A DNA stretch of 64,000 nt. It comes from Styela clava. Its lineage: Eukaryota. Where the stretch lies: the NCBI RefSeq assembly GCF_964204865.1, contig NC_135251.1, positions 14,880,001 to 14,944,000 of the forward strand, in the 5' to 3' direction. The position numbers and the translations under genes were made by a program. Position 1 is the first letter of the stretch. Every line of letters begins with the position of its first letter. Below the pieces are notes generated by a model. It saw nothing but the letters and a program-made list of their open reading frames with translations. It had not been told where the DNA came from and made no database searches. This document shows positions 24,165 to 38,600 of this stretch, one piece after another.

Positions 24165-27100
24165 TTCGGTTTAAAATCTAAATCAGTTAAGCGTGAAATT
24201 TGTCTCTAACTGACTTGATCTGCAAACTTGAAAAAGGGCATTCAAATATATCAACTATTCTACCCAGAAAAACTGATCAAAATCGACATAAAGCAATTAG
24301 CCTATCGAATTCCTTAGTGTTTTACTACAGTAAAACCTCGTTAATAAGGATTGGTAGAATGCACGTATATATAAAAACTCTTTATCTATTCGTGCATTAG
24401 CCCGATAAGTTAATAGAGTATCGTGACACTTTCGTGTGCGCGTATGTGACAGTTATGTAGTTCCGGCAAGATGAGTCACGCGAATTGCTCAAGCCATGCA
24501 AGGTATGGACATCTATCAGTTAAATACAGCATAACGCATTGATCGCTGGAAAAAAACTAATTATCGATATATGGTGACGAAATACGATTTAGAATTTGCA
24601 TATATTGAATTGAAGAAGATACCACTCGAGAAGTATTATTTGTCTATAGCCTCGGATAGGAAACACCACATAAGGGACGATATAAATCTGAATGTGACAA
24701 AATTACAGTTCATATTTTGGACATACTGGTGAAATATACAACATTGAAATATCTTTCTGCTCGCACTATTTCAAGGCAACCTACCTAGTATTACTCTGGG
24801 TAGTGATTTAAACAACGATTACTACACTGTCCAGTAATCTCCTAGCTATATCTCTGCTACAGCAATAAATATAAACGTAAATTCTCCAGATACTGTCTGT
24901 TGTCTTTATACTATGTACGCGTTTACCAACTGGTAATTTGGTCAATCTCGAATTAGTAACATTCCATTTTCCTTTAGGCATATTCTGTACTGGCCATAAT
25001 TGGTCTTTGTCTCTCTCGCACTGTTTCGTCTTTACGCCTGAATAATTCACAAAAGCTGGTCATCTGCATTTGTTATGCGCGTCAGATTTGGTAGCATCTC
25101 GTGTTGACCCGAAGATATAGTCACTCATTGAGGTAGCTTTTAAAGCATGTGGTCACAGTCACATAATGCTTGGATGCCACAGTTTAAAACACGATTCAAA
25201 GAATGCTGCCGGCCTCGATAGCCGAATAATAGTAAAATTTACATGGGTGTTTAGGAAGTAACATTCGTGATCTCGTAAAGTTTTACTGTCTATTGTCTAT
25301 TCAGATATGATATAAGTTATGCGATATCGTATGTCCGACTTACTTTATCGTAAATAGAAGTAGACCCCATTACAAAATGTAGCTTAAAGAGAATTTTCAA
25401 AGGATTATTACCAATATTCTATCCAAACCTAAAGCATGAGTTAAATAAACTGCAAGCAAATAGTCCAGTTATCTGTAGATACCAAAATATACTTCATGCA
25501 ATGAATGCTTTTGATGGACCATTCGATAAGGATTTGTCCACTTGCATCGACTTCCGCGTTTACATCCGTCACAATGGGTTTTTAACCACCAGTTGAGGGT
25601 GACACAAATTCAGCTAGCTGCCCAAACACGTTTTCCGCTCATGTAACCACCTCGCTTTGAGTAGTATTCAGTTTCGCTTGTAATTTTTTAGTTCAAATGT
25701 ATTAGCATTAAATGATAGGGAATATTAGCCAGTACATTTTACAGATGAAGCTCGAGCGAAAACTTCGACGATTAGAAAAGCGAAATCAACATACAATCAC
25801 GGAGACACTCCAAATAGGCTTCAAACTATCCCAAAACTCAACTTGGTCTTCGGATTATAAAACCTGGGTATAAAAATAATTTTTCTGTTGCGAATATGTT
25901 CTATTGTATGTTATATTTTATAATGATTTAAAAACAGCATATCGATGCCAGGTTATAACAATGATAAAATAAAGATGCGAACTTTACAAGATGTAAGAAT
26001 AAAACAAAGTACATGACCCCGACACACCACATGTATGTCGAAGTAATCTATTACAACAAGGACATTTGAGAAAGAACTTAACTCTAGCTCCTCCCCATAC
26101 AGAGATGAAGAGGAATTAGCGGAAAGAACTCCCTGATTGGCAGATTACCAAAATTTCAGATTAAGCTTCCACAGTCTAAACTATAATGTCGAACCTTCCG
26201 GTGATAGAAAATCGATTTCCTAAAATTAAACTTGTATGGATTTTATCAAAAGTAAGGAAAATGTACATATGGATCGTTTTGTTCTTATGTTGTTATTGTT
26301 TTAGTTGTTATTTTTCTTCTATATTCTTAGAAATCTATATTGTATTCTATATTGAAGAAATCGATTATTTTTAACTACTGGACCAACTGCACGGTTTTTA
26401 ATTCGCCTATCGTGACGACTGTCTTCCTTTTTGATTTTGCAAGTCAAATGTTTTTCGATACCGATGATGCACTGTAGACTAGATACGGTAAGTTACTGTA
26501 AATGGAAAGTACTGTCAATTTTTTGGTAAGACGTGTGCACGAAGCATCATTGTCACATGTTCTGATAAAGCTTAGGCAGTGTAGGTACCGGTAGTAAATG
26601 AGTTACGAAGGTCCACAGTTTCAACTACGTTAAGGATATGATTTTTGAAGTAATTGTGAGTGAAATACTTGATTCGGCTTTCGTGTCCATATATATATTT
26701 GAGCCTTGTTATCCTTCGCTTTATTTTATGTCTTGATAGATCGAAAACCTCTGATTCTTTATATTTGAATATCTAGAATACTAAGTAGTAAATATATTAT
26801 ACGTGTTTTCCAGCTCGCTTTGAATAATATGACCTTGTCGATTTTATCTACCCCTTTTTCTAAGATGTTGCGTTCCACCGACAGGAACTACAATAGCAAA
26901 GATTGTATATATATATATATGTTTCAATATATTAATTGCGTCTTGGGATAGTCGACGACAGTAGTTCAATAATACAGACAATAAAAAATACGCAACACTG
27001 ATAAATTGATATCGCACATTGTTATGATGGAATTTTCTATTTTGTCCATGCAGGAAAGCGGAAACAAATGCGACTGTTTCCTCATATGTTGAATCATTTA

Positions 27101-27269
27101 CTCATAATTAAATAATACACAATAATTAAATGTACGGGGCAACCGACATTTGTTTTGTCGTAATTGCATCAAACAGAATATTCGAATTTAATTTTCCCTC
27201 GTATACATACATACTCGCATATATAGACATATCTATATGTTAAACATAAGGTATAGTTGCTTTATCATA

Positions 27270-29320
27270 TTATAACAAGCTCTCTTCTTGACCCAGAGAA
27301 TCACAATTCAGTTTCTTATTAATATCTTCATCATTACTACCATTTGCAGTCTCGTTATTGCGTTGACATGCTCTGGAGTCAAGTTCTGAATCCCGTTTTC
27401 TTCCTGCAAGTTTCCTGGCTAAAAAAAATCTCAAATGATAAATGCCAAACGCTAGGAAATGTACTAGTGGAAACCCAACACAAAGCACGCTCAGGCCTAC
27501 AATCGTCGATATAACAGGGGCATCCTGCCAATCTATAACACCATTGTAAATCTTTGTCTGCAGCCCAGTGACGTACAAAATTAGCGTCAATAAAGTATAT
27601 ATAGTTCCGTAAAACGCCACATAGACAACGTGAAGAAGACGGAATTGGATGCGTGAGACCATCAAATCAATCGTGATCATAAGTGTCGTTATCCCATGTT
27701 GATGAATTATAATTAGTAATGGCATTGCGTCTTCTTCTCCGGCCAGAAAAGTCCAAAACATTATAGTAATCAAGTACTCAAGGTCTGTAGATAATGTCGC
27801 CAGAACCCAACAGAGACGGTGAAACCATCGAAGTTCGTCTGAAAGTGACAAAATATATTATATTTTTGGGCAAAATTCCGTTGTAGTCAAACAATTCTAT
27901 CATATGATGAATGATTAGGAAAAACTTTCTTATTTCTACTATAACGAGGACAAACTGTAAGTGTTGGTAAGCGTTTTTTCATCAATAAATACTTTTCAAT
28001 CACGCTTGATAATTATATACGCAAACCTATGTAGCAAAATGCATTTATTCGAGAGACGTTCAGACACTACAGGTATTCATAAATATAAATTAGTTTAACA
28101 ACAAAAATAGTGTTATTAACTAATAACTATAAGTAAGTACTAAAGTACCTTGCTCACGATTACTCAGAGCAGAATAATTCGGTATATCAGAAGATTCTTG
28201 TGTATTTGTGTAATTATTATCTTTTCTCACGCCGTACATAACCGTTCCAAATGAAACTCCAAAGTACAAACATAGTGTCCATTCCGCCCAATTGGTAAGG
28301 TAAGCAAACGTATAGAGCCCTTCATATTGGAATATATTCACAATCACCCATACGAGGGAATATAGAAACATAGCACCACGATAACATGCAAAAAGTCTTC
28401 TTGATTTGAACCACTGCAGTTAAAGTAAATATATATTAAATTTGCTCAAATTATAAAATAACAATATTAAAAAAAAACTAACAATCTTTTTATTACATTT
28501 TCCAAAAATTATTGAACACGAAGTGTGAATATGTGTCTCGTTTTCAAAAGTGTTGTGGGGTTTTCTACGAGACTAATGAAACAATCGATCTCAGAATTTT
28601 GAGAACCTGAGTATGGAGTCGCTAGAGGGCTATTACTTTAATTTGCTATTTCAGAATGTTGCGTCACCATGTGGCATTACTTCATTCCAAGGTAGCTATC
28701 TTCTCGACATGTCCGATACTCCGCTAAAGCCTTAGTGTACTCGTTATGGCTTCTCATGGAATTTGCAATTTCGATTGGAATGACCAGATAACAGAATTGT
28801 GTGTAAAATTCGCATAGGCAGCCGCGGTTGAAGACTGGGGACTTTCATGTCGATACATTCGAGCATTGCTCACTTATATATTGATATGAAATCGATTCTT
28901 AGAAACTTTTTAGCTAAGTATGTATTATCCATTAGTTTAAATTAGACAGTTGGCTTCATCGTTTTTTGTGCAACAAACATAAAGTTTGTTTATAGGCAAT
29001 CAGGAATTATCTACAAAAGAATTTCTTGTCAAACAATGTGACTTTAGAAGAGATGAAATCTTATAGATTTAAAAATTCCAAGATGTTGTTTCATATCGAA
29101 TTTCAACACAAATTTAAATATCCAACTCCAAATATTTCGAGAAATCTATGAAACATTTTGAGTTAAATAATAGCACATTGCACATAACGAAAAATCCCAT
29201 ATTTATACGATATATACGCAAAAAGGAACTGCAAACCTGTGAAGCATAGAAGTCATCCGGTTTGACATCAGCAAATCCAAAATGCTTTTTTTGGAACTCA
29301 TATCCACAACTCGTCGCCAT
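27270..29320 (-). CDS. rost: Rolling stone-like multi-pass membrane protein, paralog C (305 aa)
   Basis: Exons 29320-29237, 28413-28149, 27838-27270 (918 nt); YLTNW, HQHGIT, DLMVSRIQFRLLHV, VIDW. Confidence 0.88.
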
Positions 29321-31571
29321 GCAAGTTCTAGTATACAAAAGTAATATTCTTTTGCATTTATATTACAAACATTAAAAAAATCTGAAAAAGGAATACAGGA
29401 ACTTTTCAACTCAGTTGTTCAATAAGAAAAAACTTTGCGTGAATGCACTGGTATACACTCATTTTTTCATATATATTCAAATCGAGATCGGACTGTGAGT
29501 TATTATTTCTCTAGTAAATACGGTTAATTTCCGTGGAAGAAGCCTGCTGACGCCTCCAATTTAAGACGTGTTTTAATATCAGATGATCACCGAAGCCAAC
29601 CCTGGAATTTTGCAAGAAGAACTATCGTGCCACGTGATACATACAAGAGACCGTGGACTGCATCCCACAAAAACAAACACAATATAATGTTGAATTTGAA
29701 CCATGCAAAACAAGCCCACCCGTCAGTCTTTTGCAATGCGAAAAATTCTTAGTTAATGCAGAACATTATTTTCCGCATGGGAGATCAGAGACTATAAGGT
29801 CTATTGGTGTCCGCAGACAGCGCTGATATACTTTCTTAGACCAAAGTATAAACGTTGCGCTGCGAATACCTTGAAACACATGTCCCGATGTCGACTTAAG
29901 AAATAAAACGCTCTTCAGAGCTATGTACTACTATACATAATAATCATATTTAAATCGCCTTTGTCCTCTTTTATTAAATTGAATCTTAACCAACTTAGAA
30001 GTCGCTGCAGTTAACATCATACACTAATTCGTACAGCTAACTTATAATATTGATTATATACTAACAGCTACATTCTTCTTCTTGCTATTATCTCGGGTAT
30101 CACGTAATAAAATATACATTGTATGTGGAATGTGCACACGCAGCTGTGTTTGCTCGACAAAGGCGCCAAATTTGAAAGCCGTCAGAGGAATTACAAACTA
30201 TACACATGCTACGAAGAGATATGATTTCTGGTCTGACACAATTACTATAAAATGTAATATTCTAGATGTGGGATTGTGACCATTTAAATTTCTCGTTGGC
30301 CTAGTAAAATAGCTCCCAACCTTTTATAGAAGAGCTCTTATTTGCATATTATGATACTTTTCATTACTCACGGATTATATAAATTTTTTGTTTCTATTTT
30401 ATGTTTAATCTTTAATGGATGAGCTGGCTAGACACTCAACTCTGTCTCTGGTTTTGTACAGTTTTAATAAATTATAAGGTAGGCGTAAATATGTATTGCA
30501 ACAATACTAAACAAAAAAAGAATATGAGGAAACTACACGCAAGTAAAAGGGAAAATGACTCACCTAAAAACAATTAAATTCTCTTAGCGGTGGGGAAACC
30601 CTGGTCTAGTCCAGTGGTTGTGCATTCATTAGAGTACTATACTAAATATGTTTGTCTAGGGTTCGACTGAGGGTCAAAAGGGTCAGAACTGAATAGCTCA
30701 TCCTTGTGATGCCGTTGCTGCTTGTTTATTGGCTTGTTAAGAGAAGAACACTTGAAAAGTGTAAAAGATATATGTATGAATATATTTATATTACCGACAA
30801 TATAAAATCGACCTTAAAGCTCTATATTTTCTCATACGAGATCACCACACTTGTATCTTTTTACATAGATATACGTTTTATAAAATTATCCAGACATACG
30901 GCTGCATAAGATAGTCAAACTAATATCTATATATATATATATACATTAACTTCCATGGAAGATATAATATGCTTTTACCGTTCCTTGCAAATTACGCCGT
31001 CGATGTGAAGTAATCCTATAATTTCTCGTTTCATTCTGCATGAATCTATCTTCCCCTTAGCATTTTTTCAAAGCAAGCCCCAGCTTTCATAAATTAATAT
31101 TTACAGCCACTTGATAGCACGACTGATAATGTCTGTCATTCTTAGGTTATTTAGGTCAAATACCCAGGAGACCCTTCAGCCATCAGCACTTCCGTAATAC
31201 TTCATGTACGCGCTTTGAAATTGGGTAATATACACTAACGAAGCGTTGCCGGCGTGATTAAATATTTGATATACTTGCACCACCGCTTCTGCTTGACTGC
31301 ACAAGATCAACGTACTTTGTCGAATTTTAAACTACACGACTGCAATATGTTACAGAACATCCTGTATTGAGGGCGAAGTTGATTTCGATATTTTTAACTT
31401 GTGTCAAGTAAGGACCGGTGATAAAATACACGATCTGTGTATGGCCAAATGTTTAGCGTGAAATATTTACAATATAAAGATATATTATAAGCTTAAAATT
31501 GGCGTCAGTTTTGAGACTCCAAATATTTCAGTCTTCAAATCTGTCAAAACTCGCGCTTATTACATCAATAT

Positions 31572-31810
31572 GTGCATGACATTGACTGTACATTTGAACC
31601 CACGTACATTTGAACCATGTACATTTGAACACATGTGTATATCCGCGGGTTCAATCTATATACGGGTGCTAAAACCCATGGGTTAGGTTAGTATGGGTTC
31701 AAATATCGGTAAAACAAAAAAAAATTTCATAGGTGCAATAGTATGCAGGTGCAATTGCCGTGGGTTCAGCTGTACACGGGTTTAAATGTAATGGAACCGT
31801 GCATGACATA
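31572..31810. mobile_element. Foldback/MITE-like element with tandem subterminal repeats
   Basis: GTACATTTGAAC x3 on the left; inverted GGGTTCAAAT/GGGTTTAAATGTA copies on the right ending GGAACC; flanked by the direct repeat GTGCATGACAT (31572 and 31799). Confidence 0.55.
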
Positions 31811-34800
31811 TTGACATCGAGATTTCCATGTTCGGATGTCGGATGTCGCTCGATTGGAATTCACAAGACGTATTAGATTGACACTACATTCGATGTGATA
31901 TTTCAATCATACATACATCGGCTTATTCTCTGACGTTTTCTGTAAGTTAGCTATGGTTAAGCGAGTGTGTCGTGTTAGTCGGCCATAATTGTTCGTTTTT
32001 ACTCCAAGAATTTCATGATTGGATTTATACTTGCGGTGTTTGAAGATTGTTTCTTCATATATGCTTTTAATACCGCTCTAACTAAATTATGCCTGTTATT
32101 TTGTCAGTAATTATAGAGTGAAATAAATATCTTAATGAACTAGCAGTACACATTTTACACCAAACTACTCAGCCAAAATTAAGCTTATTGGAGGGAAATT
32201 GTTCTATTTACCTGAAAACATGTTATTTTAAATATTCAGAACTTTTAACAAACGAAGCGACAAGATTCCCATATTTGTATTGTCACCCATCAGACATGTG
32301 TTTACACAATTGACAGATACATTCGAATAGTTAATTAAAATTCGATCGAGGGTTTTACTGAATATGAAATCAAAATATTTGTATGATTTTACGGTTATTC
32401 AATCTTTTTTACAAATTATTACATTCAGAAAATTCCATCTAAAGCATTGTCAGCTGAATAAATTGAGTCCTTCCAAGAAGTGATCTATACTTGCGAAACC
32501 ACCAAAATTTAATCAAAAATAATTACATAGAAATAACAATAATCTAGATGTCAACTATTCCACTTCTATAAAAACGCGAGTAAATTTTGGTCTCGAAATG
32601 TATTTAATTAAATAGGAAATACGGTAAAATTATTTGAAAACTAATCAAAGTTGTTGCTATAAATAACACTGACTGTAAGCTGAATATTGAAGAATTTCAG
32701 GAAGTTTCCGGCATAACAAAAGGTCAATAGCTCAGATAAAATTATGAGTTGTGAATTGAGAGTATGCTCAAAGACATATTTACCTGGGAAGTGGAAACAG
32801 CCAATATTCTTTTGAAAAGCACGTTGACTATTCTTTGTAAATTTTTGCCAAATCAAAGGTCACAAACACTCACAAAAAAGTGGAAAACCCGCTTGTAAAA
32901 AACAAGTCTACGAGCGTCCATTAACCTTGATCCAAAGTCGTTCACGTCAACAAGGTAAAAAAAACTATTCTGGCTTCTTTAATTCCATAGAATTATTTTT
33001 TATCAGAGGCTGTTTAAGGGACCACAGCTGATAAACCGTGTCCCAATCGAAAGATGTGATTCCACATATTTTTTGATCAAATCGAACTTTATTTTGTCAC
33101 AATGCAACATTCTGCAATATGAATATTTGTAGATGACCTATGATCTCACTTCGAAGAAAATTCCCCTAAATCTAAAACTATACGAACCATAGATATCAAA
33201 AATGACTCTAACACATGCACAGATGGAAAAAGTGTAAAAAGAGCGTGAAGATGTATCTCCAAGTCATAATAATCCTGACAAAAATATCGTTTACATGTCA
33301 TACTGATACAATTGAAATGCTGTCCCTATTCCGCGTAATGTCTGCGCCCGACCATTATTTTAGATGGGACTTCGGATCATGGTCTTAGCAAAATTAGTAG
33401 AAACATCCAGCAGTACCTGTCGCTAGAGAAATCTAATACCTAAGTACATATAATAAGAGACATGTCCAGAAGAGTCAAATATTCAATTGAGTTCATTTTG
33501 AGCTGAAATACTATCAAATAAATGGACTTGAGAGAATCGAGATGTGACGCTTGCTGTGTTGCCATCAAAACATCCAGCCTCGCGAATTTGTTCTGGAATG
33601 ACATGAAATGACAAACTAGTTATCTTCTAAAAAGAGTTATTTTTAAGTTATTAGTGCAGGTAAAATATAATCATTTATGAACGATCGATGCCCGTAACCC
33701 CACAGCAATCTGAGGTTACTTAACATGAAGAAACGTCAATATTTTTGAAGGAATCGTCAACTCCAGATCGATCGATAATTCTGAATAAATAAAGACATGC
33801 CGTCTGGATTGCGTGTTATGTTGGAAATTGAATTGTCGACTTGCCCAGTTTATCGTAACAGGATTACGCTAGAAACAAGCGTAAAATATTTCTGTAGGAT
33901 GGTAATATTCATTAATTCTGTACGGCCATGCGAGAAAGGGTATTTTATACACCAATGAGTAAATCAGTTTGATACTAAGACATGTGAACGTAGTGCTTTG
34001 GGTATTAATGTATGAGTGGCATTAGTATATTTTTAGTCAAAGCTCGAAATGGTGTATGCTACTTCAGCTAAAATTTTATTACAGTAGTTTTTGCGACATA
34101 TTTATCAAATATTAGAAAGTAATTGAAAATAACTAATAGCTACCGACAACATAGATCGAAGAAATGAGTGCAAGCAAATAGCATGACGGTAATATTTTGT
34201 ATATTCAATAGCAACGATTTAATGGCGAATGCATTGTCCTAATGCAGAACAATGAATAACTTCAATAAGCATTTGGCATCGGCGGCCTCTCGAAAATAAA
34301 TAACCTAAATAGCTTGCAAATCTTAATCTTATTAAACGTAATGGGTTTGCGCTAAGTTGATTACAGTCTAGTGCGAGTTTAATATCAATTTTCAAAATCT
34401 TTGCAAAATACACGGTTTCTTGAACTTTGCCTAATAATCGGAATCTTATTACGGCAGAGGAAAATGCAATTAGTCGGATTGGCAGTATCAAGTATTTTCA
34501 CAACGGATTATGCAAATTTGTGGATTCAATTGCACGAATAGTTACTATCAGTAGACGCATGTATATGAAATTTCGAAATTCACGAACGAAAAACACAGAC
34601 AGCGAACAAAGTTACATTTGGGAAGAAGCTAAGGATGCTTTAGAGTAGAAGTATAAATGGCATATATCGAAAGTTTAATGTTGTACTTCATAATAGAAAA
34701 AAGCTGTGAAATCTGAGCAAACCTTTAACATTGTGAACAAACCAGAACAATAATGAGTCAACGAAAAGCATTTCCGTTATTTCAAGCACATCACGTCCAT

Positions 34801-35638
34801 ATGGGATATAAACGTTCATCGTGTTTCAACATGGTTGATAAATAACGAGAATAGCATAATATACACCATATGGAAGATTCAAGTCATGCATTATAACTAG
34901 TATCATGCATTTTTCTGTTCAATCGGCTGTGCTGTTTATTGAGCCTAGTTGTCAGCTTTTGTATAGTGGTCTGCAATGGAGTTTTAAGATTTGGGCTTAG
35001 GATCGAATTCGAGCGTAACATTTATTTTTCAATATTTGGTATCACCTTTGTAGAACAGTTACTCGCACAATCTTGGAGATAATAAAATTTTATTGATTTT
35101 GTTTGCGCTTTGCGAGTAAGTCCAACTAAAACTTTCACTAGCAAAATTTATTTTGAAGAAAATTTGACATACATGTACCTTCCCGTGTGAGCTTAATACT
35201 TCCAAATATCTTCGGTTCGGGATTCTCTTGAAAATTAAAGTCAAGTTTCTGCACGCTAAGCTTAAAAATTTGTAAAGCAAATACTCAAGGCCAATTATAT
35301 TAAGAAAGCATTCGTAGGAAACTAGAATTGGCGAAAGAGCTAATTAGTTTTAAGTGTATAGATTTTACAGTCAAATGAGATTCTATTTGGGTTACATGAA
35401 ATTGTATCATAAATATGGGCGTACGATAATCCCCTGTCGTATATATTTAATCTACAAAATTTTGAGTTCAGCTTCGGAAAGTGAAGCGAATCAAAGAATT
35501 TGCTGATAATTTAGTAAATATTTGTATCAGTTAAGAATAGATTGACAGCATCAATTGTTTATAAATATGACCAATGAATGTATTTTTTTTCGCATTAAAT
35601 ATCCTATTTTTTATAAACAGTTTATGCATAAAATCATA

Positions 35639-38600
35639 ATGAAAATCATTACAACAGTATTAGTATTTCTTTTACTGAAGTGCACGAGTGTTTCATTTGC
35701 TTATACTGAATATGATGAGGCATTTGACGAAGATCTTTACGAAAGAATGCTACCTGATGATGATATAATGCTGAGTCGTAGACGAGAGGATCCTGTCTTA
35801 GACGAGGAATATTGGAAAGATAACGAGATTGATGCCAATGGCAATCGGTTTAGTCTATCTACAAATATGGACGGTGATGTTCAGAGTATCATCCTATATA
35901 ACGGAATTGACATTAATGTGAGTGATTTCTGGTAACTGTTTGCTCTGTTTTTAATGCAACAATTATTCAATTACCAATAACATATTTTCACTGCATATAT
36001 TCATTATATAGTTACCTATATAATAGTATTTATATTTTTGATCTAAATTAGAAATTACCGGCCAATTACCACAACACAACTACAATCACTAAAAAGGTTG
36101 GAAATACAACTGTCTCCACTACTGTCAAAATCGATAAAACAACTGATCCGAAGACAGGTATTTCATTCTTTTGATATAAGCTGAACCCTGATGTACCAAT
36201 TCACCCAATCCAGGCTTATTTTGTTCTAAAACAATTCCATCATCATTTTTATTTTTATTCTTCGAAATACTTTAGGTGCTGTCTCAGTCTCTGTAATGCA
36301 ATCATCAAATGAAGGTGTGCCCCTGAATCAATGTTCTGCTTCTTCGCCATGCAAAAAAGGTATACAATTATTTTGAATCTTTCGATTGAATAAGAACGCT
36401 GTAAAGCTTTTCAAAATTGAAAATAGAATTTATATTTCAAAATATCGCCAGTTCAAGCGATGGGCAGATTATAATCTTTATAGAAATTAATAATTTGACA
36501 AGCTGCTGCTTCAACATCTCGGACAGCTTCCGATTAAAGCAAATGATTGCAAGCCATTGAGGTCAGACAAAGAACACTAGATTCCCGTTTAGGTGACGTA
36601 TTATACACGATTTTGCTTCTAATACGGCCAAAAGGTAATAACAATGACAGCACGGGGTGCATGAGGAGGACATAGGATATAAGAATCTTTAGCGACTTCA
36701 GTATCGAATGCTGTCCTGTGATAAAACAACACTGCACAATCATAATAGCTAAGTCATAAAAAAGTCATAAACTATGCAGCAAAGTACATGTTAGGACAAA
36801 CTGAAAATTTTTATCAATATGTTTTATTGTAGTTACCGTTACAATGTAGAAGTACATTGTAGAATCGAGTGAGTATAAGCATTAATTCTTTAAGAAAATT
36901 ACCGATCGATTTTTAGTTCAGTTTTGTTAAAACAATACAAACACCTAATTTTCACGTAGCTCAAAATATCCTGCAATGACTTATGTTAAATTATATTGGC
37001 CAAGATGAACGATGCATATTTTTGAATAAAAAATTTCCTTATTTTACAATTGGTAATTGGTAAAATATTTCTTCTGAGCAGTGTCGATGGGATTTCAAAT
37101 ATAAAATATTCATAAGTCATGAAAATTTAACGACGTTATGTATTGGATGACAGTGTTGAAGTACAGCATATCATTGTCAAATCAGATTGCCGTTCCATCA
37201 AATATGAATAAAAGTAGATTGCAAGAAAGATTTTATCCGCCCTGAAATATCAATAATTAGATACGCTACTACGCAATTAGAAGCTATCCTTTTCTGTTGG
37301 CAGTATTTTTTATTCAAAAAACGCCAGCTCGAGAAAATTAGGCCGATTTGTGATATTGAGACTATATATGTTGGAATTAAAAAGAGCGATCGTTACATCA
37401 ATGATCTTCATAAATCTACAACTGCTATATCTATTGATTTCGGATAAGAAAAAATAAATTATGAAATAAGTAATCGTAAAATTGAAAGAACTACAATAAT
37501 TCCAAACATGATTGCTGAAGAAAGTTGTTGGACTCCATTAATTCTGCCCTGCTCTAGTATATGTGAGTGCGAGTGTGTTTGCGCGCAGATTATGGTACAA
37601 ATGGAAAACACATCTCATAATCCTTTCATTTATATCACCTAGGAATGTATTGTCGTAAGCAGTTGGTTGGAGACTTCTGTAGAAAATGCAGCAACAAATC
37701 TAAATCTTGTACAAGTAATGAACAATGCTGTGGAGCTGATGCAACTGGCTCACTCTGTGTTCGAGGAACTTGCCAAACTGGATTCTCGAAAGGACAAGCT
37801 GGGACACTTTGCAAGGTAATAGAACAATATTTATACAATAGAAAACACTTCGATTTGATACATTACTAGTAAGAAATGTCCAAAATTATTTAATGAGGTT
37901 ATGATGAAATTTCATTTGTATTCACTTACCAGATATCTGCTTAATTTTTTTGTCCGATGGCTGTTGTTAGTTTAGTAATGCAATAAGTTTCATGAATGGG
38001 TTTCTGTATAGAGTGATTCAAACGTGTTTTTACATTTAACTACAGTTTCAAAGCGATTGCAACACCGGTCTGTGCTGTGCACGAAAATTTCTACATCAAA
38101 ATGGAGAATGCCAGAACCTTGCAAAGAAGGATGAAAAGTGTGCAGTTTCTTACTCGGAGTTGAGCACAATCATGCGTGGAGGTTTGTGTCCTTGCAAACA
38201 AGGATTGGTCTGCTCTTCGGGGTGAGTCTTATTGCGAATTAAGATTATTGTAACCAGTGGAAATTGAAAAAAAAAAGTTATTTGTTGTGTTAATTATAAA
38301 TTGCTTTGCGAAGAAGACAATTACCGGTTTTTCAACAAGGAACAAAATTTTATTACTTTAGCCTAATACTAACTAAACAATACAGGTTTTCTGGTCAGTT
38401 ACCTATGAAATATATATAGTGAAATAACTAGGTTGTTATTGATCGTAGCCACTGTTTTCACTTTGTTTCATGCTAGAAGTAAAATAAAAAAGGAACGTCA
38501 ATTATTAGCCTAGATTGTATGAATTTACGAAGCCAACGGTACTGGACGTTGTATTTTCTGTAGAGTATTGTTTTAGACGTTACTTCTGGTTACATATAAT

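Noticed and set aside
24800-26200. Slightly GC-richer stretch between rost B and C, possibly an old TE or gene relic
   Set aside because: No recognisable motif, terminal repeat or sustained reading frame.
29400-35500. Short ORFs in the 6-kb region upstream of DKK3
   Set aside because: No homology, consistent splice structure or coding signal; probably regulatory or intergenic, possibly with a DKK3 5' UTR exon I cannot place.
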